From Thermoplasmata archaeon (GTDB lineage Archaea; Thermoplasmatota; Thermoplasmata; Thermoplasmatales; GCA-001856825), in contig JAJYUZ010000002.1 of the NCBI GenBank assembly GCA_021792255.1, forward strand, positions 224,001 through 288,000: a stretch of 64,000 bases of DNA, written 5' to 3'. Below the pieces are notes generated by a model that saw only the letters and a list, made by a program, of their open reading frames with translations, was not told the origin of the DNA and searched no databases. Of the stretch, positions 60,666 through 64,000 are shown piece by piece. Numbering within the stretch: position 1 is the stretch's first letter; every line of letters begins with the position of its first letter. The position numbers were made by a program, and so were the translations under genes.

Positions 60666-62894
60666 TCAAGTCTTCACATCCAAAAGTATTCCATTAGCAA
60701 TGTAGCTGCTTCTGAGATATCCATCTTGGTAGAACAATTTGGACCCTTGGATGTCATAAACAGTGAAATTTCCATTGGTCATCTGTATTGAAGTGACTTG
60801 TATCCAAGTGTTATTTAAAGGATCAAATATGGCGTCTGATGTATTCAGATAACCGACCATTATCCATTCTACTGTTCCGTTTGAAAGTTTTACATAGATG
60901 GGTTGATCGCGTGCACCTGAAACGAACAGTAATCCGTTATCAATATTGATTATTGAATTTACGTTTGTGACATTAATTTCAGTAACTTCCTCTTCAACAA
61001 AGTTGCCTCCGATTGGATCATAGGAAAGTATTTGATCTCCCACTTTTAGATCTTGAACTTGGATGGTCTTGTTCAAAGAAGTCTGAATAAGAGTTCCATT
61101 CAAAACACAACCGCCACCACCTCCACTTGAGGTATAATAGTTGCGAAGGGCTTGAACAAAATTATATGCATTAACGCTGCCAATGCCAGTAACATAATCC
61201 CATCCGCTTCCCGCCGACATTCCGTTATTTCCAGTTGTTATGTCCGTGTATGCTCCTGACGAGTAGCCTATGCTGTAAATCCCTTTATTTATGAAACCGT
61301 AAACATCCCCCGTCCCATTGAGGTAAGTATCAGCTATTATACCTGCCATCATTGGAGTAGCGTAACTAGTACCATCTACACCGCCATAGAAGGTGCCATC
61401 GAAGTATACCACGATAGATGGCGCCGCGGCAAAAGAGATGTCCGGAATGTCTCTGTACCCATTGTTAGGCGCAACGCCACTTTGGTATGAAGGTTGGGAG
61501 AATATGGGATTATTAGTCACGTATCCTCTTCCACTTCCACTCCAGCCACTTTGGCCGCTGATATCTGAACTCGTCAAAGATAAAGTTACACCTCCAACTG
61601 CTATTGAGTTAGGGTCCAATGCAACCATATCTATGTTATTGCCACTTGACGAGTATCCATTGTCTCCTGTGGCAGCCACAATCGTAATTCCTTCAGTAGT
61701 TGCCTGAGCAAGAAAATCATGGATATTATCAACTTCGCTAGTACTTATGGAGTTGTAAGTTGGCGCAATGCTAAAGCTCATCACAACGGGAACTAAAGTA
61801 TTGACCATATAACTAAGCTCTTGATCAAATTCGTATTCGAATCCAGTATCCCCTCCAGATGGAGCGCTATAAATGACATCGTCGATAGTGGCGCCTGGAG
61901 CAATAGTACCTGCCCACTCAACGTCAAGAGTCTCCTCTAGACTAGCTCGATTATTCCCCCACGGTGGTAGCCCTCCTCCACCGATTATTATTTGCGTATC
62001 GGATGGATAATAACTCTGACCATTGTAGGTGTATTTTATGTTGTAATGTTCCCAGAAATTTTGGGGATCTGTCCCGTAATACCTCCAGTCAGGATAACCT
62101 ATCAATCCAATTGTTATCCACTTTCCATCATACCCATTTTGTAATAAAGGAGTAATATTGAAGTATGGGTTTATATCATAGGGGTTTGCCGTTAGCACTG
62201 TCTGTCCTGGTAAGCCCCCATAGACTTGATCCCACTCAGTATAAACAAATGGAGTATTATTTACTAACTCAGCTCCGTAATCGTTTAGACCACTGATTGT
62301 AGTTATCTCGTTGACTATGTTGTTTGGAATAATGGGATCATTGGAATTTGCATAAAAGTAGGTTCCATTGAGTTCATAATTGATCAAGGTAATTCTCAAT
62401 AATTGTTCCACGAATCCAGCTGTCTCTTCAAAGGAGATTTCTCTTCCGTTAGAGAAATTCATTTCTTTCACTCCAGAAGAACTCAGCCAGTCCTCCACAG
62501 AACTTATCGCGCCTGCCATTGGTCCAAATTTTGACATGAACTCAGATGGAGTCAAGAACTTGTGAAAGAGGCTGCTGCTTGTATTTGAAACTAACTGCGA
62601 ATAACTCGTTGCTGCAGAAATATCAATCGAAAGATATATTTCCAAAGATAGTTCAGTAGTATTGTTCAGTTGAGATAGGTCCATAGCTTGGGAAAGAAAA
62701 GGAAGAGTATCATTCAATGGCACTTCTAGTACCTCGTTTACCATGGGTGGGGTGCTTGTTCCGTCTAAATAGGATATCCCAGCTATTGAGGAGCTAGATA
62801 ACAAACTGAAAGAAATCGCTGATACGAGAACAAAAAGTCCGTACTTTTCAAAAATAGCTTTTACTAGGACTCTGAAATTCATACTTTGTATCAT
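60666..62894 (-). CDS. Secreted S53 (sedolisin/kumamolisin) peptidase with C-terminal Hint domain
   Basis: Signal peptide, pro-domain (FLTP.EF...FGP), E.TLDVE, A.GD.G, GTS.ATP, DIT.GNN and GWD.VTG.GS; then GGGGG|CV..GT.I...VYD...YIANG.LLDVKT. Confidence 0.92.
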   Translation of the reverse strand: MIQSMNFRVLVKAIFEKYGLFVLVSAISFSLLSSSSIAGISYLDGTSTPPMVNEVLEVPLNDTLPFLSQAMDLSQLNNTTELSLEIYLSIDISAATSYSQLVSNTSSSLFHKFLTPSEFMSKFGPMAGAISSVEDWLSSSGVKEMNFSNGREISFEETAGFVEQLLRITLINYELNGTYFYANSNDPIIPNNIVNEITTISGLNDYGAELVNNTPFVYTEWDQVYGGLPGQTVLTANPYDINPYFNITPLLQNGYDGKWITIGLIGYPDWRYYGTDPQNFWEHYNIKYTYNGQSYYPSDTQIIIGGGGLPPWGNNRASLEETLDVEWAGTIAPGATIDDVIYSAPSGGDTGFEYEFDQELSYMVNTLVPVVMSFSIAPTYNSISTSEVDNIHDFLAQATTEGITIVAATGDNGYSSSGNNIDMVALDPNSIAVGGVTLSLTSSDISGQSGWSGSGRGYVTNNPIFSQPSYQSGVAPNNGYRDIPDISFAAAPSIVVYFDGTFYGGVDGTSYATPMMAGIIADTYLNGTGDVYGFINKGIYSIGYSSGAYTDITTGNNGMSAGSGWDYVTGIGSVNAYNFVQALRNYYTSSGGGGGCVLNGTLIQTSLNKTIQVQDLKVGDQILSYDPIGGNFVEEEVTEINVTNVNSIINIDNGLLFVSGARDQPIYVKLSNGTVEWIMVGYLNTSDAIFDPLNNTWIQVTSIQMTNGNFTVYDIQGSKLFYQDGYLRSSYIANGILLDVKT

Positions 62895-62914
62895 GGCATC
62901 CAGTTCATTTATTG

Positions 62915-62937
62915 ATTTCCCAGAATTTCTGGGAAAT
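62915..62937. promoter_or_regulatory. Palindromic operator 2 between divergent S53-Hint and regulator genes
   Basis: ATTTCCCAGAA-T-TTCTGGGAAAT perfect inverted repeat just upstream of TTATATATA. Confidence 0.85.
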
Positions 62938-62968
62938 TGTTATATATAGATTACCGCTAATTTGAGCA

Positions 62969-63742
62969 ATGGGAAAAAGAAACTACGTCATTATTCTTCT
63001 ACTCACGTTATCAATAGTTAGTTCTGCATATTCCGTATTTCTTTTCCTAAGTTCATATTTTTCTCAGTCCATTTTTTTTGTTTATACTTCTAAGGCAATC
63101 CTAGCATATCCATATAACATACTTCCTGTATCCTCCGCAATGTTCGGCTGGGTCTTGTTAAGTTATCAACTGATTTACAATAATAGGAGACATATTGCTA
63201 CAATTATTAGAAAAGAGATTTCTGGTAAGTCAGATGATTGGACTATTTATTATGCCTTTAAGGGCAAAGGAGGTGCAAGGAGACTAACGATAATGGAAGC
63301 CCTAACCTCACCCAGACTGAGGAACGAAGAGGAAATGCTTAGGGAACTAGAACTCCCATACAGAGTCGTGATGCTGAGTTCAGGAGATATGGGTGTCAGA
63401 GATTTCAAGCAGTTAGATCTTGAGGTATTCATGCCCTACCAGGCAAAGTACAGGGAAGTAATGTCCAACGACAACTGTACGGACTGGATATCCAGGAGAT
63501 CTGGCATTAGACTTACTGACGCAGAAGGCAACAAGATCTTCGCTCATACAGTAGACGCAACAGGACTTGCAATTCAACGTACCATCAAGTCTATACTGGA
63601 AGTACACCAGAGGAAAGACGGGACTGTCCGTGTACCTGAGCCCTTGGTGAAGTTTACGGAATTCTCGACCATCAGAACAAGGATAAGAAATAAAGATGTG
63701 TTGACCCTTGATGATCAGCAGTCTTGGGATTCAATTCTTTGA
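62969..63742 (+). CDS. Chimeric ORF: truncated paralog of the 2-TM wHTH regulator fused in frame to a seryl-tRNA synthetase-like C-terminal fragment
   Basis: Residues 1-120 align with 59138-59668 up to RNE; then LELPYRVV...GD.G....Q.DLEV.MP.Q..YREV.S..NCTD...RR..IR...HT....LA..RT...ILE..Q..DG.V.VP..L. Confidence 0.85.
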   Translation: MGKRNYVIILLLTLSIVSSAYSVFLFLSSYFSQSIFFVYTSKAILAYPYNILPVSSAMFGWVLLSYQLIYNNRRHIATIIRKEISGKSDDWTIYYAFKGKGGARRLTIMEALTSPRLRNEEEMLRELELPYRVVMLSSGDMGVRDFKQLDLEVFMPYQAKYREVMSNDNCTDWISRRSGIRLTDAEGNKIFAHTVDATGLAIQRTIKSILEVHQRKDGTVRVPEPLVKFTEFSTIRTRIRNKDVLTLDDQQSWDSIL

Positions 63743-63999
63743 TACAGGACGTAAAATTTCCTATCGTTGAAATAGAACCTGACTATTCTGTAGCCCTTGA
63801 AAAAAGTCCTCAATTCCCTCTCTGTAAAGTAGTGATAATAGCTGCCGTCCTTATGGATGTATGTTCCTCTCTCTGATGTGCGGGTTTGACCCCAGTGCTT
63901 TCTCTGTGACCATATAGTCCTTTGGTCGCTCTCCAGGTACAGGTACCCTCTCAACCTCGTAACTCTTCTGATCTCTTCAATGTCCTCTCTGATTCGTTG
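63715..63999 (-). CDS. 3' part of a probable class I SAM methyltransferase (runs off the window edge)
   Basis: Frame open to the edge: EEIRRVTRLRGYLYL ... HYFTERELR..F.GY. Confidence 0.55.
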   Translation of the reverse strand, partial: QRIREDIEEIRRVTRLRGYLYLESDQRTIWSQRKHWGQTRTSERGTYIHKDGSYYHYFTERELRTFFKGYRIVRFYFNDRKFYVLYQRIESQDC

Positions 64000-64000
64000 A

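Noticed and set aside
63329-63742. Annotating a functional serS
   Set aside because: Only the C-terminal portion is present; the coiled-coil arm and motifs 1-2 are missing.
1-64000. CRISPR array, integrase or intact transposase; numerous antisense shadow ORFs
   Set aside because: No regularly spaced repeats or recombinase motifs were seen; shadow ORFs lie opposite well-supported genes.

Overview
Archaeal chromosome segment, most consistent with a Thermoplasmatales/Thermoplasmata organism (thermosome, prefoldin alpha, FEN1, RadB, AGT-endoV fusion, Thermoplasma-type TrxR, unlinked 5S rRNA). Left to right: a mercury-resistance cassette flanked by a degenerate direct repeat (0.06-2.8 kb); a reductase / triple-SCP2 / permease operon, hydrolases and an amino-sugar catabolic cluster (3-20.6 kb); housekeeping genes with 5S rRNA (21-34.5 kb); beta-oxidation genes (34.6-40.7 kb); a ~6.6 kb islet bounded by tRNA-Pro(CGG) and a decayed copy of its 3' end; ftsY-pfdA-pgk-hutI-trxB-thermosome (48-54.8 kb); and an accessory island (54.85-63.3 kb). 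The island is the best candidate for an undescribed system. It holds two parallel modules, each with a secreted peptidase or peptidase-like protein ending in a non-canonical C-terminal Hint domain (Gly-linker|Cys start, DQPIY instead of TxxH, terminal LLD[IV]KT instead of HN). Each is transcribed divergently from a membrane-anchored winged-helix regulator across the same palindrome TTTCCCAGA-N3-TCTGGGAAA. A G1 peptidase and two small membrane proteins accompany them. One Hint gene is split by a 1-nt frameshift, and the second regulator is fused in frame to a SerRS-like 3' fragment. All calls come from motif recognition by eye; no searches were run.
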